A stretch of DNA of 64,000 nt from an uncultured Bacteroidales bacterium (GTDB lineage Bacteria; Bacteroidota; Bacteroidia; Bacteroidales; JAGOPY01): contig CAZUDV010000011.1 of the NCBI GenBank assembly GCA_964619555.1, forward strand, positions 38,971-102,970. The letters run 5' to 3'. The notes beneath the pieces were generated by a model that did not search any database, was not told the DNA's origin, and saw only the letters and a list, made by a program, of their open reading frames with translations. A program made the translations under genes and the position numbers. Each line of letters starts with the position of its first letter. Position 1 is the stretch's first letter. Shown here one piece after another: positions 1 through 9,580 of this stretch.

Positions 1-1626
1 TATAGCATCTATCATGTCGGCGGGGTAGTACTCAAACGTGAAAACCTGTTCTCCCAGACCGCCGACCGCTTCCTTATCCGGTATACCTTGCTGGATGCGC
101 ATTCTCCGACTAAATTGAAATTCAGGCCATTCCTGGCCTTCAGAAATATTCACAGGTTATGCCGGGCGAATGTCAGCGTAAATAACAAATATGAAAAGGT
201 GCCGAATGGTATCCGTATGAAACTGTACCCGGGATACAGCTATCTCTATATGCAATTCTCCAAAGAGGTGGAGTATACTCACGTACCGGACTGGAATTAC
301 AATATCGAATACCAGATGGAGATGGAAAGGGGATATGATTACCAGGAAGATCTGTTTGTACCGGGATTTTTTGAGGTGGATATCAAAAAGGGTGAATCCA
401 TTGTTTTTTGTGCGGGCACATCTGAATTCGAACCTACTGCCATGAAACGCTCTTTCAATGCCGAAATCAAACGAAGGACCCCACGCGACAATTTCAAGAA
501 CTGCCTGATCAATGCCGCCCAGCAATTCATCGTGAAGAGAGGCACCCGAACCGAAGTGATCGCCGGTTTCCCGTGGTTCGGCCGTTGGAGCCGCGATACC
601 TTCATCGCCTTGCCGGGCCTGACCCTGGTGCCCGGCGAAGAAAAACTATTCCGGGATGTTATCGATACGATGATCAAAGACATGCAGGGACCATTATTTC
701 CCAATTTCGGCATGAAGCACAACAAGGTTTTCAACACGGCCGATGCTTCCCTGTGGTTCATATGGGCATTGCAGCAATATGCCACCATCCTTCATAAACA
801 TGAGGAAGTATGGAAAGTTTACGGCAAGAAGATCCGGGCCATTCTTGAAGGGTATAAGTCAGGAGAAGCCGCAAATATCCATATGCTGGACAACGGACTC
901 ATCTTCGCGGGAAAGCAGGGGCTGGCGCTGACCTGGATGGATGCCGTGGTTAATGGGAAGCCCGTTACGCCACGTTCTGGCCTTCCTGTCGAACTTAACG
1001 CCCTCTGGTACAATGCTGTGATGTTCGCTGTCGAACTGGCTGAAAAATCAGGAGACAGGAAATTCTCCAGGGAATGGAACAAGATTGCCGAAATGATTCC
1101 AGGGTCCTTTACCCAGGCCTTCTGGTATGAACAAAAAGGCTATCTGGCAGATTATGTGGACGGAGATTTCCGGGATGTTTCTGTCAGACCGAACCAGGTT
1201 TTTGCCACTTCATTACCCTATTCACCGCTCGAAGAGGAAAAACGGAAAAAGGTCCTGGATGTAGTCCAGAATGAACTCCTGACACCCAGGGGACTCCGTT
1301 CCCTTTCCCCTAAAAATCCTTTGTACAGACCGGTATGCCACGGTGATCAGAAAACCAGGGATGAAGCCTATCACCAGGGAACTGCCTGGCCCTGGCTGCT
1401 GGGACATTTTGCGGAAGGATATCTAAAAATACACGGTAAACAAGGATTACCATTGGTTAAATCTATATACAGCGGATTTGAGCCGGTGATGACCGAACAT
1501 GGTATCGGCACCATTTCAGAGATATATGACGGCGATCCGCCTCACACGGCCCGTGGAGTCATTTCCCAGGCCTGGAGCGTAGCAGAACTGCTCCGAATAG
1601 GATGGATGATCGAGAATTGGAAATAA
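1..1626 (+). CDS. Glycogen debranching enzyme / amylo-alpha-1,6-glucosidase family, 5'-truncated by window edge
   Basis: Frame 1 is open from base 1, with no stop before the listed Met at 88, so the true start lies upstream of the window. Motifs GFPWFGRWSRDTFIALPGL and YHQGTAWPWLLGHF are typical of the GDE_C family. The gene sits next to other glycogen genes. Confidence 0.85.
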   Translation, partial: YSIYHVGGVVLKRENLFSQTADRFLIRYTLLDAHSPTKLKFRPFLAFRNIHRLCRANVSVNNKYEKVPNGIRMKLYPGYSYLYMQFSKEVEYTHVPDWNYNIEYQMEMERGYDYQEDLFVPGFFEVDIKKGESIVFCAGTSEFEPTAMKRSFNAEIKRRTPRDNFKNCLINAAQQFIVKRGTRTEVIAGFPWFGRWSRDTFIALPGLTLVPGEEKLFRDVIDTMIKDMQGPLFPNFGMKHNKVFNTADASLWFIWALQQYATILHKHEEVWKVYGKKIRAILEGYKSGEAANIHMLDNGLIFAGKQGLALTWMDAVVNGKPVTPRSGLPVELNALWYNAVMFAVELAEKSGDRKFSREWNKIAEMIPGSFTQAFWYEQKGYLADYVDGDFRDVSVRPNQVFATSLPYSPLEEEKRKKVLDVVQNELLTPRGLRSLSPKNPLYRPVCHGDQKTRDEAYHQGTAWPWLLGHFAEGYLKIHGKQGLPLVKSIYSGFEPVMTEHGIGTISEIYDGDPPHTARGVISQAWSVAELLRIGWMIENWK

Positions 1627-1685
1627 ATCCCGGATAACCGTGCCTGTAGCGCAGGATCCGGTTGGAAAATGAAACAATGGAGGAT

Positions 1686-1718
1686 ACTTTGAACTTTGAA
1701 CTTTGAACTTTGAACTGA
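1686..1718. repeat. Tandem heptamer array: CTTTGAA x4 perfect (1687-1714), equivalent to GAACTTT x3 plus a degenerate GAACTGA, ending 1 nt before the ATG at 1720
   Basis: Read directly: actttGAACTTTGAACTTTGAACTTTGAACTGAtATG. Confidence 0.95.
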
Positions 1719-1719
1719 T

Positions 1720-3003
1720 ATGAGGATTTTGATGTTCGGGTGGGAATTCCCGCCACATATTGCCGGAGGACTTGGCACAGCCTGTTTCGGCCTCACAAAA
1801 GGTCTGGCTAAACATGACGTGGATATAATCTTCGTTGTGCCCAAGGCCTATGGCGATGAGAGCCAGGAAGCAGTCCGTCTGGTGAATGCCAGCGACGTTG
1901 AAGTCAATATGCGCGATTCCGTATACAAGGAATACTGGAAACGGATCGAGTACATGGAAATCGGCTCCAACATTATCCCATATGTAAGTCCGGAAGAATT
2001 TGAGCGGATTCTTTCACAGGAAGAACTGACCAAAATTTCTCTTGACAGCCAGGTATTTTCCAATCGCTTCGAGTTTTCAGGAGCCTATGGCAAGAACCTG
2101 TTGGAGGAAGTATCCCGGTATGCCCTGGTAGCTTCCGCCCTTGCAACCGGTAAGGATTTTGATATCATCCACGCCCATGACTGGCTAACTTATCCGGCTG
2201 GAATTGCCGCTAAGTACGTCAGTGGTAAACCCCTCGTCATCCATGTGCATGCGACTGAATTTGACCGCACGGGCGAGCAGGTCAATCAGAAGGTCTATGA
2301 TATTGAAAAGAAAGGGATGGAAGAGGCCGACCAAATAATAGCCGTCAGCAATTTCACGAGGAACATTGTTATTGAGAAATATGGCATCCCGGAGGATAAG
2401 GTGGTCACCGTCCACAATGCCGTGGAACCAACAGAGAAACAGAAGATCAACGGGAACAGCCATGTTCCTGAGAAAATCGTGACTTTCCTCGGGCGGATCA
2501 CTTTTCAGAAGGGTCCCGAATATTTTATCGAAGCAGCCAGGTTAATCCTTGAGAGGGACGAAAATGTCCGGTTCGTGATGGCCGGCTCGGGGGACCTGCT
2601 CGAGAAGATGATTCGGCGGGTTGCCGCATTGAAAATGGGCCATCGATTCCACTTTACAGGGTTTCTGAGAGGTGCCGATGTAGACCGGATGCTGGCCATG
2701 TCCGATGTGTTCGTCATGCCATCGGTATCCGAACCTTTCGGCATTGTTCCCCTGGAAGCCATGCGTTCCAATGTTCCGGTCGTCATTTCCAAACAATCAG
2801 GCGTTTCAGAGGTCCTCAAACATGCCTTAAAGGTTGATTTCTGGGATATCAACGGAATGGCGGATGCCATCTATGGCCTGCTCCATTACCCGGGGGCACA
2901 GAATATGTTCGAACAGTATGGCAGAAGCGAAGTGGAAAGCCTTAAATGGGAACATGCGGCCTTAAAGGTAAAAGACGTTTACGAAACAATGAATCGAGTA
3001 TAA
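1720..3003 (+). CDS. GT-B retaining glycosyltransferase (GT4-like, glycogen-synthase-like)
   Basis: 427 aa. N-terminus RILMFGWEFPPHIAGGLGTAC. C-terminal VMPSVSEPFGIVPLEAM block is typical of group-1 glycosyltransferases. Located between the debranching enzyme and GH57 genes. Confidence 0.85.
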   Translation: MRILMFGWEFPPHIAGGLGTACFGLTKGLAKHDVDIIFVVPKAYGDESQEAVRLVNASDVEVNMRDSVYKEYWKRIEYMEIGSNIIPYVSPEEFERILSQEELTKISLDSQVFSNRFEFSGAYGKNLLEEVSRYALVASALATGKDFDIIHAHDWLTYPAGIAAKYVSGKPLVIHVHATEFDRTGEQVNQKVYDIEKKGMEEADQIIAVSNFTRNIVIEKYGIPEDKVVTVHNAVEPTEKQKINGNSHVPEKIVTFLGRITFQKGPEYFIEAARLILERDENVRFVMAGSGDLLEKMIRRVAALKMGHRFHFTGFLRGADVDRMLAMSDVFVMPSVSEPFGIVPLEAMRSNVPVVISKQSGVSEVLKHALKVDFWDINGMADAIYGLLHYPGAQNMFEQYGRSEVESLKWEHAALKVKDVYETMNRV

Positions 3004-3025
3004 CCATCATAAAATTAGCAGCCAG

Positions 3026-4411
3026 ATGCGATCAATTTGTTTTTATTTCCAGGTACATCAGCCATTAAGGCTACGCACATACCGGTTTTTTGATATTGGA
3101 GCCTATCATAATTATTATGACGATTATCAGAATAAATTCATCCTACGGAGAGTGGCCGATAAATGCTATCTGCCCATGAACAAAGTGCTCCTGGAACTGA
3201 TAAGGGAATACGGGGCCGCCTTTAAAGTCAGCTTCTCCATCTCGGGCATTGCACTGGAACAATTCAGGATGTATGCCCCGGAGGTGCTGGAAAGTTTCCA
3301 GAAACTAGCCGCCACCGGCAATGTGGAATTCCTTGCCGAAACTTATTCCCATTCCCTGAGCTCTCTTCGCAGCCCGGAAGAATTCCAGGCCCAGGTTTAT
3401 GCTCATAAATCGGCCATCAAGCAGTATTTCGGGCAGGATCCGGTTACATTCCGCAATACGGAACTGATCTATTCCGATGCTATTGGCCAGATGGTCGCCA
3501 ATATGGGATTTAAAACCATGCTGACAGAAGGTGCCAAGCACATCCTGGGATGGAAGAGCCCAAATTTCATGTATTGCAATGCCATCAACCCAAAACTTAA
3601 GATTTTATTGAAGAACTACCAGCTATCGGACGACATTGCATTCCGCTTTTCCGACAGGGGATGGTCGGAATGGCCGCTTACCGCTGAAAAGTATGTTGCC
3701 TGGCTGAATAAGCTGGATCCTAAACATGAAGTGGTCAATCTCTTCATGGACTATGAGACTTACGGTGAACACCAGTGGAAAGAGTCCGGCATATTCAACT
3801 TTGTTAAGTCACTCCCCGCGAAGATCTTTACACATTCCGATTTCACGTTTAACACTCCTTCGGAACTATATGAAAAAATGCAACCGGTCGCGGCCATTCA
3901 TGTAGAAGACCCTATTTCCTGGGCTGACGAGGAAAGGGATATCACAGCCTGGCTGGGCAATGAACTTCAGGATGACGCTTTCGAGAACCTTTATGCCCTT
4001 GAACCTTTGGTCAAAAATACCGACGATGAAGGCATCAGATTTGACTGGCGGTTCCTCCAGGCTTCGGACCATTTCTATTATATGTGTACCAAATGGTTCT
4101 CTGACGGCGATGTGCACCGCTATTTCAACCCCTACAGCTCTCCATACGAAGCCTATATCAATTACATGAACGTGCTTACGGACTTCAGGCTTCGGCTGGA
4201 ACAGGGACATGTTTCGGATGAATTGCATATTTTCCGGACAGTCCCGGAAGAGACGAACGAATCGTGGGAGGATAAGAAAAATCAGCTGCTTGAATCTATG
4301 GAAGAATCCGGATTTGCGGCCAGGGAACCCAAACCGAAAAAACAGGGAAGAAACGTCAAAAAGCATGCTTCCTCTTCTGCTGCAGGAAAGACCGGTAAAA
4401 AGAAGGGATAA
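3026..4411 (+). CDS. Glycoside hydrolase family 57 (alpha-amylase / alpha-glucan-active enzyme)
   Basis: 461 aa. N-terminal ICFYFQVHQPLR and MDYETYGEHQW are GH57-like. Has a Lys-rich C-terminal tail. Confidence 0.85.
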   Translation: MRSICFYFQVHQPLRLRTYRFFDIGAYHNYYDDYQNKFILRRVADKCYLPMNKVLLELIREYGAAFKVSFSISGIALEQFRMYAPEVLESFQKLAATGNVEFLAETYSHSLSSLRSPEEFQAQVYAHKSAIKQYFGQDPVTFRNTELIYSDAIGQMVANMGFKTMLTEGAKHILGWKSPNFMYCNAINPKLKILLKNYQLSDDIAFRFSDRGWSEWPLTAEKYVAWLNKLDPKHEVVNLFMDYETYGEHQWKESGIFNFVKSLPAKIFTHSDFTFNTPSELYEKMQPVAAIHVEDPISWADEERDITAWLGNELQDDAFENLYALEPLVKNTDDEGIRFDWRFLQASDHFYYMCTKWFSDGDVHRYFNPYSSPYEAYINYMNVLTDFRLRLEQGHVSDELHIFRTVPEETNESWEDKKNQLLESMEESGFAAREPKPKKQGRNVKKHASSSAAGKTGKKKG

Positions 4412-4435
4412 ACTCCAGGCAACTATTTTTTATCC

Positions 4436-4464
4436 ATATTCTTTTGCATAAAAGAATATTTTTG
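4436..4464 (+). promoter_or_regulatory. Perfect 10-4-10 inverted repeat (ATATTCTTTT gcat AAAAGAATAT) followed by a T-run; overlaps a TAnnTTTG motif (TATTTTTG, 4457-4464) 20 nt before the ATG at 4484
   Basis: Read directly. The AT-rich stem would make only a weak terminator. It could also be an operator or promoter element for the fusion gene. Confidence 0.35.
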
Positions 4465-4483
4465 CACCACTAAAAATACTCTT

Positions 4484-7400
4484 ATGGATAAGAAGAACTC
4501 CCTGAAACCTGACGTTGTTTTTGAGATCAGCTGGGAGGTATGCAATAAGGTAGGCGGGATCCACACGGTCTTATCTACCAAAGCACCATACATGCGCCAG
4601 GAATTTGGCGATCATTATATAGTACTCGGTCCCGATGTCTGGAAAGAGACGGGTGTGCACCCTGAATTCACCGAAGATGGCAGTCTTTTCAGGACCTGGC
4701 ACGAAAAAGCGATGGTGGATGGCCTGAATATCAGGATCGGCCGATGGAATGTTCCAGGCAATCCCATTGCCATCTTAGTGGATTTTACGGCATTTTTTAC
4801 CCGAAAAAATGAGATTTTCACGGAATTCTGGGAAGACTACCAGCTGGATTCCATTTCCGGACAATGGGATTACATTGAGCCGGCTCTTTTTGGTTACGGG
4901 GCAGCCAAAGTCATTGAGAATTTCTACGAATATCACTTCTCTTCCAGAGAGAGAATCATAGCACATTTTCATGAATGGATGACCGGAGCGGGAATCCTCT
5001 ACCTGGAGAAATATATGCCCCAGGCCGGTACGGTTTTCACCACGCATGCCACCATCCTGGGAAGAGTTATCGCCAGCAACGGGAGACCGCTTTATGACAA
5101 TCTCGGGAGAATCGACACCTGGGGTGTCGCCAGGTCTTATGATATCATCTCAAAGCTTTCTCTGGAATATTGTTCCGCCAAATATGCCGATTGTTTTACC
5201 ACTGTATCGGACATTACATCAAAAGAGTGCAAATATTTCCTTGAAAAGGAACCGGACCTGATCACACCTAATGGATTCGATCCTTCTATCGTACCTTCGG
5301 ATGAAGAGTTTCCACGGAAAAGAACCGAGTCCCGGAAAAAACTGCTTGAGGTAGCTTCGGCGCTGGTGGACGATCAAGTCCCGGAGGATTCCTTTCTGAT
5401 CCTGAACTCCGGCCGTTATGAGATGCGGAACAAAGGTATCGATATATTCATTGAAAGCCTTGGAGAACTTAACCGGCAACCTGGTAAACCCATACTGGCA
5501 TTCATCATGGTGCCAGGGCACATCGCAGGTCCTGACCGTGACCTGGCTGAACGGCTGGCCGGAAACAGCGCCCCCGAACCTCATTCGAAATACCTTACCC
5601 ATTACTTGTACAACGAGGAACATGACCCGATGCTGCGCAAAATATCGGAGGCGGGTTTGAAAAATGAAGCCGGCGACAGAGTCCGGATCATATTTGTACC
5701 GGCCTATCTCAATGGAAATGACGGTATCTTCGGCCTTTCTTATTATGAAATTCTCGCAGGATTTGATCTGACCGTTTTCCCGTCCTATTACGAACCCTGG
5801 GGGTATACACCACTTGAAAGTGCCGCCTTCGGGATACCGACTATTACCACAACCCTTGCCGGTTTCGGACTCTATGTACTCTCTCTGAAAATTGATAACA
5901 AAGAAGGCGTCAAAGTCCTGCCCAGAAATGATTCCGGCGAAGAGCAACTTATTCATGAACTGGCTTCCGAAATTGAAGCATTCACTTCAATCCCAGGAAA
6001 TAAATCAACGGAGATCAGGAACCACGTCAAAGAAATCGCCGCTTCAGCATTATGGGACAGGTTCTTTAATCACTACCGGGAAGCGTATACCCTGGCCCTG
6101 AAAAAGTCCCAGGAACGGTACGACCTATTCAGGGACAAACGTCAGCATGACCTTTATTACCTGCAGGATGTGCCGGTCGAGCAAAAGCCTACCTGGAACA
6201 GAGTGTCAGTGGAACCTTCGGTGCCTTTAAAATTGTCCAAACTTGCCCAGATCTCTGAAAATCTTTGGTGGACATGGAATAACGACGTCATCGGTTTGTT
6301 TGAGGAAGTGGATCCTGATCTTTGGAAGCAGTCAGGCCAGAATCCGCGTATTATGGCCGAATTATTAACCATAAACCGCTTGAAGTCAATCGAATCGAAT
6401 CATGATTTCATCGAAAGGGTCAATAAAGTATACGAGAGATTTGAGCAGTACATGGCGAAAACGGCGGAGAAACCGAAGGAACAGATTGCATATTTCAGTA
6501 TGGAATTCGGCCTGTGGGATAATATCAAGACGTATTCAGGAGGATTGGGAATTTTAGCCGGAGACTACCTGAAGGAGGCCAGTGATTCCAATAAAAATAT
6601 GATCGGAGTCGGGTTGCTATACAGGTATGGATACTTTCAGCAGATCATATCGTTGTTTGGCGACCAGATTGCAGAATATCACCGGCAAAAGTTCTCTCAT
6701 CTTCCATTGAAGCGCATATTCCGAAGCAATGGGGAACCGATGAAGATCAGTATGGCCCTTCCCGGGCGGAATATTTATGCCCAGGTCTGGAAAGCAGATG
6801 TCGGACGGATCCCGCTTTACCTGCTGGATACGGACATATCCGATAATTCCCCGTCTGACCGCATTGTGACCCATCAGCTTTATGGCGGCGACTGGGAGAA
6901 CCGATTCAAGCAGGAACTGTTGCTCGGTGTATGCGGCATCCGCATGCTGAAAGAACTGGGCATTGACGCTGACATTTATCATTGCAATGAAGGTCATGCC
7001 GCTTTTCTTAACCTGGAACGACTCCGGATCCTGGTACAGGAACATGGCCTTACTTTCCACCAGGCCCTGGAAGTGGTCAGGTCATCATCCCTCTTCACTA
7101 CCCATACACCGGTCCCGGCGGGTCATGATTCGTTTGATGAAGATATGCTCAGGACTTATATCCCTCATTATCCGGAAAGGCTGAATATTACCTGGCAGGA
7201 ATTTATAAACCTCGGAAAATACAGGGAAAACGATCCTTCGGAAAAGTTTTCGATGAGCGTACTGGCTGTCAAGCTTTCACAGGAAGTCAACGGGGTCAGC
7301 AAGATCCACGGCAAGGTATCCAGGGAAATGTTCCAGGGTCTCTATGAAGGCTATTATGCTGACGAACTGCACATCGGCTATGTGACAAACGGGGTCCATC

Positions 7401-8725
7401 ATCCTACCTGGACTGGGGAAATCTGGCTCAATCTGTATAAAACGCATTTCGGACAGGAATACTTGTCTGATCAATCGCATGCGGGCAGGTGGAAAATGAT
7501 CCACCAGGTACCGGATAAAGAGATCTGGAATATCCGGAATCATTACCGCAAAGAGCTGATCGACTTCATTAAAAACAGGTTTGCTGAAGATCTGACCCGT
7601 CGCCAGGAAAATCCCAAACTAAAGCTTAGACTGATCGATTCACTGGACGAAAATGCCCTGACCATTGGATTTGCCAGGCGTTTTGCCACCTATAAAAGGG
7701 CTCACCTGCTTTTTACGAATGAGGAGCGTCTGACTGCATTGCTGAATAATGAGAAGTACCCCGTACAGCTCATTTTTGCGGGGAAAGCTCATCCTGCCGA
7801 TAAAGCAGGCCAGGATCTCATAAAAAGGATCGTGGAATTGTCCAGGCGGCCTGAATTTCTGGGCAAAATCTTTTTCCTTGAGAATTACGACATGGAAGTG
7901 GCCAAATGCCTCGTCCGTGGAGTGGATATCTGGCTGAACACCCCCACACGGCCCCTGGAAGCATCCGGTACCAGCGGAGAGAAAGCCGTTATGAACGGAG
8001 TGCTGAACCTGAGCGTTATGGATGGATGGTGGGCCGAAGGCTATCGCCCGAATGCAGGGTGGGCCCTCAGGGAGGAACGCACTTACGCCAACCAGCAATT
8101 TCAGGATGAACTGGATGCCGAAACGATCTACGACCTGCTCGAAGATGAGATCCTTCCCCTCTTTTACAACCGGGTGAAGGGTATACCGGTCAAATGGATT
8201 TCTTTAATAAAAAATTGCATTTCCGAAATTGCTCCTCACTATACCATGAAAAGAATGCTGGATGATTATCAGGAAAAATATTATGACAGGCTGATCAGGC
8301 GGGCCGGACTGGTGAAGGAGAATAATTACCGGATGGCCCGGGAAATAGACTCCTGGAAATCAAAGATCCGCGCGGGATGGAACCACATTGAAGTCAAACG
8401 CATTGCGGTCCCCGATCCGGCAAAGAAAACGCTGGCCCTTGGAGATGAATTCGTGGCTGAAATAGAACTCAAACTTAACGGAATAAAACCAACGGATCTG
8501 GGCATTGACATTTTATTCGGCCAGAAAGAAATGGATACCGTCAAGAAGATCATGCACAAGGAAGAAATGAAACTGGTGGAAAATGGCAATGGAAATGGTT
8601 ACGCCAAATTTACCTGCCATATCCCGATGGGGAAAGTCGGGGTATATCATTATGCTTTCCGGCTTTTTCCCAGGCATAAACATTTGCCTCACCGGCAGGA
8701 TTTCAATCTCATTAAATGGTTGTGA
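4484..8725 (+). CDS. Fusion protein: GT3 (eukaryote-type) glycogen synthase N-terminal half plus GT35 alpha-glucan phosphorylase C-terminal half
   Basis: Single 1413-aa ORF. N-terminus VVFEISWEVCNKVGGIHTVLSTKA is a GT3 hallmark. From about aa 590 it carries ENLWWTWNNDV, SGGLGILAGDYLKEASD, HTPVPAGHD and EASGTSGEKAVMNGVLNLSVMDGWW, which match the alpha-glucan phosphorylase family including a PLP-Lys context. Confidence 0.9.
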   Translation: MDKKNSLKPDVVFEISWEVCNKVGGIHTVLSTKAPYMRQEFGDHYIVLGPDVWKETGVHPEFTEDGSLFRTWHEKAMVDGLNIRIGRWNVPGNPIAILVDFTAFFTRKNEIFTEFWEDYQLDSISGQWDYIEPALFGYGAAKVIENFYEYHFSSRERIIAHFHEWMTGAGILYLEKYMPQAGTVFTTHATILGRVIASNGRPLYDNLGRIDTWGVARSYDIISKLSLEYCSAKYADCFTTVSDITSKECKYFLEKEPDLITPNGFDPSIVPSDEEFPRKRTESRKKLLEVASALVDDQVPEDSFLILNSGRYEMRNKGIDIFIESLGELNRQPGKPILAFIMVPGHIAGPDRDLAERLAGNSAPEPHSKYLTHYLYNEEHDPMLRKISEAGLKNEAGDRVRIIFVPAYLNGNDGIFGLSYYEILAGFDLTVFPSYYEPWGYTPLESAAFGIPTITTTLAGFGLYVLSLKIDNKEGVKVLPRNDSGEEQLIHELASEIEAFTSIPGNKSTEIRNHVKEIAASALWDRFFNHYREAYTLALKKSQERYDLFRDKRQHDLYYLQDVPVEQKPTWNRVSVEPSVPLKLSKLAQISENLWWTWNNDVIGLFEEVDPDLWKQSGQNPRIMAELLTINRLKSIESNHDFIERVNKVYERFEQYMAKTAEKPKEQIAYFSMEFGLWDNIKTYSGGLGILAGDYLKEASDSNKNMIGVGLLYRYGYFQQIISLFGDQIAEYHRQKFSHLPLKRIFRSNGEPMKISMALPGRNIYAQVWKADVGRIPLYLLDTDISDNSPSDRIVTHQLYGGDWENRFKQELLLGVCGIRMLKELGIDADIYHCNEGHAAFLNLERLRILVQEHGLTFHQALEVVRSSSLFTTHTPVPAGHDSFDEDMLRTYIPHYPERLNITWQEFINLGKYRENDPSEKFSMSVLAVKLSQEVNGVSKIHGKVSREMFQGLYEGYYADELHIGYVTNGVHHPTWTGEIWLNLYKTHFGQEYLSDQSHAGRWKMIHQVPDKEIWNIRNHYRKELIDFIKNRFAEDLTRRQENPKLKLRLIDSLDENALTIGFARRFATYKRAHLLFTNEERLTALLNNEKYPVQLIFAGKAHPADKAGQDLIKRIVELSRRPEFLGKIFFLENYDMEVAKCLVRGVDIWLNTPTRPLEASGTSGEKAVMNGVLNLSVMDGWWAEGYRPNAGWALREERTYANQQFQDELDAETIYDLLEDEILPLFYNRVKGIPVKWISLIKNCISEIAPHYTMKRMLDDYQEKYYDRLIRRAGLVKENNYRMAREIDSWKSKIRAGWNHIEVKRIAVPDPAKKTLALGDEFVAEIELKLNGIKPTDLGIDILFGQKEMDTVKKIMHKEEMKLVENGNGNGYAKFTCHIPMGKVGVYHYAFRLFPRHKHLPHRQDFNLIKWL

Positions 8726-8814
8726 GAAATTTCATAACTCGCTGAAGGGATTTAGATTACGGTTTTATTTAGAATATTTCAAAAATAATTCCTTACATTT
8801 GAAGAAAAAACGAT

Positions 8815-9558
8815 ATGCTCTTAAACGGTAAAACAGCTTTGATCACGGGTGCCGCCAGAGGCATCGGCAGGTCCATCGCATTGGCATTCGCCGCGGAAGG
8901 AGCCAATGTGGCCTTCACAGACCTGAATTATGATGATAATATGAAATCCCTGGAATCAGAACTGGCTTCAATGGGCGTCCGGGGTAAAGGATATGCCTCC
9001 GATGCCAGTGATTTCAATGGTTCGGAAGCCCTGGTGGATCAGGTTGTAAAGGACTTTGAGAAAATTGACGTGCTGATCAATAATGCTGGTATTACCCGCG
9101 ATAACCTGCTCATGCGCATGAGCGAGTCGGACTGGGACCTGGTCATAAAGGTCAACCTTAAATCGGTATTCAATATGACCCGTGCTGTGCAGAAACATAT
9201 GCTCAAACAGCGCTTTGGCTCTATCATCAATATGAGCTCTGTCGTTGGAGTCAGCGGTAATCCGGGTCAGTCTAACTATGCCGCCTCGAAAGCCGGCCTG
9301 ATCGGTTTTACAAAATCCATTGCCCAGGAGCTGGGTTCCAGGAATATACGCTGTAATGCCATTGCCCCTGGATTCATTGAAACTGAAATGACGGCGAAAT
9401 TGTCGCCCGAAGTAAAGGAAGGCTGGATCAATACCATTCCCCTTAAAAGACCGGGAAAACCTGAAGATGTTGCCAAAGCAGCCATTTTCCTTGCTTCCGA
9501 CCTTTCCGAATACATTTCCGGCCAGGTCATCCAGGTTTGCGGAGGAATGAATACCTGA
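8815..9558 (+). CDS. fabG: 3-oxoacyl-[ACP] reductase (SDR family)
   Basis: 247 aa. GKTALITGAARGIGRSIA, NNAGI and the YAASKAG catalytic motif are present. The N-terminus aligns with classical FabG. Confidence 0.9.
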   Translation: MLLNGKTALITGAARGIGRSIALAFAAEGANVAFTDLNYDDNMKSLESELASMGVRGKGYASDASDFNGSEALVDQVVKDFEKIDVLINNAGITRDNLLMRMSESDWDLVIKVNLKSVFNMTRAVQKHMLKQRFGSIINMSSVVGVSGNPGQSNYAASKAGLIGFTKSIAQELGSRNIRCNAIAPGFIETEMTAKLSPEVKEGWINTIPLKRPGKPEDVAKAAIFLASDLSEYISGQVIQVCGGMNT

Positions 9559-9580
9559 GAATAAAATCCCGCCCGAACAC

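Noticed and set aside
1629-1659. Inverted repeat CCGGAT...ATCCGG after the debranching-enzyme stop, as a terminator
   Set aside because: It has only a 6-bp outer stem with a long, poorly paired interior and no T-run, which is too weak to report.
1686-1718. Whether the heptamer arrays (also at 32637-32670 and 43907-43927) could be CRISPR or mobile-element termini
   Set aside because: The units are 7 nt with no spacers, the arrays are under 40 nt, and no cas or transposase genes are present. They are simple tandem repeats.
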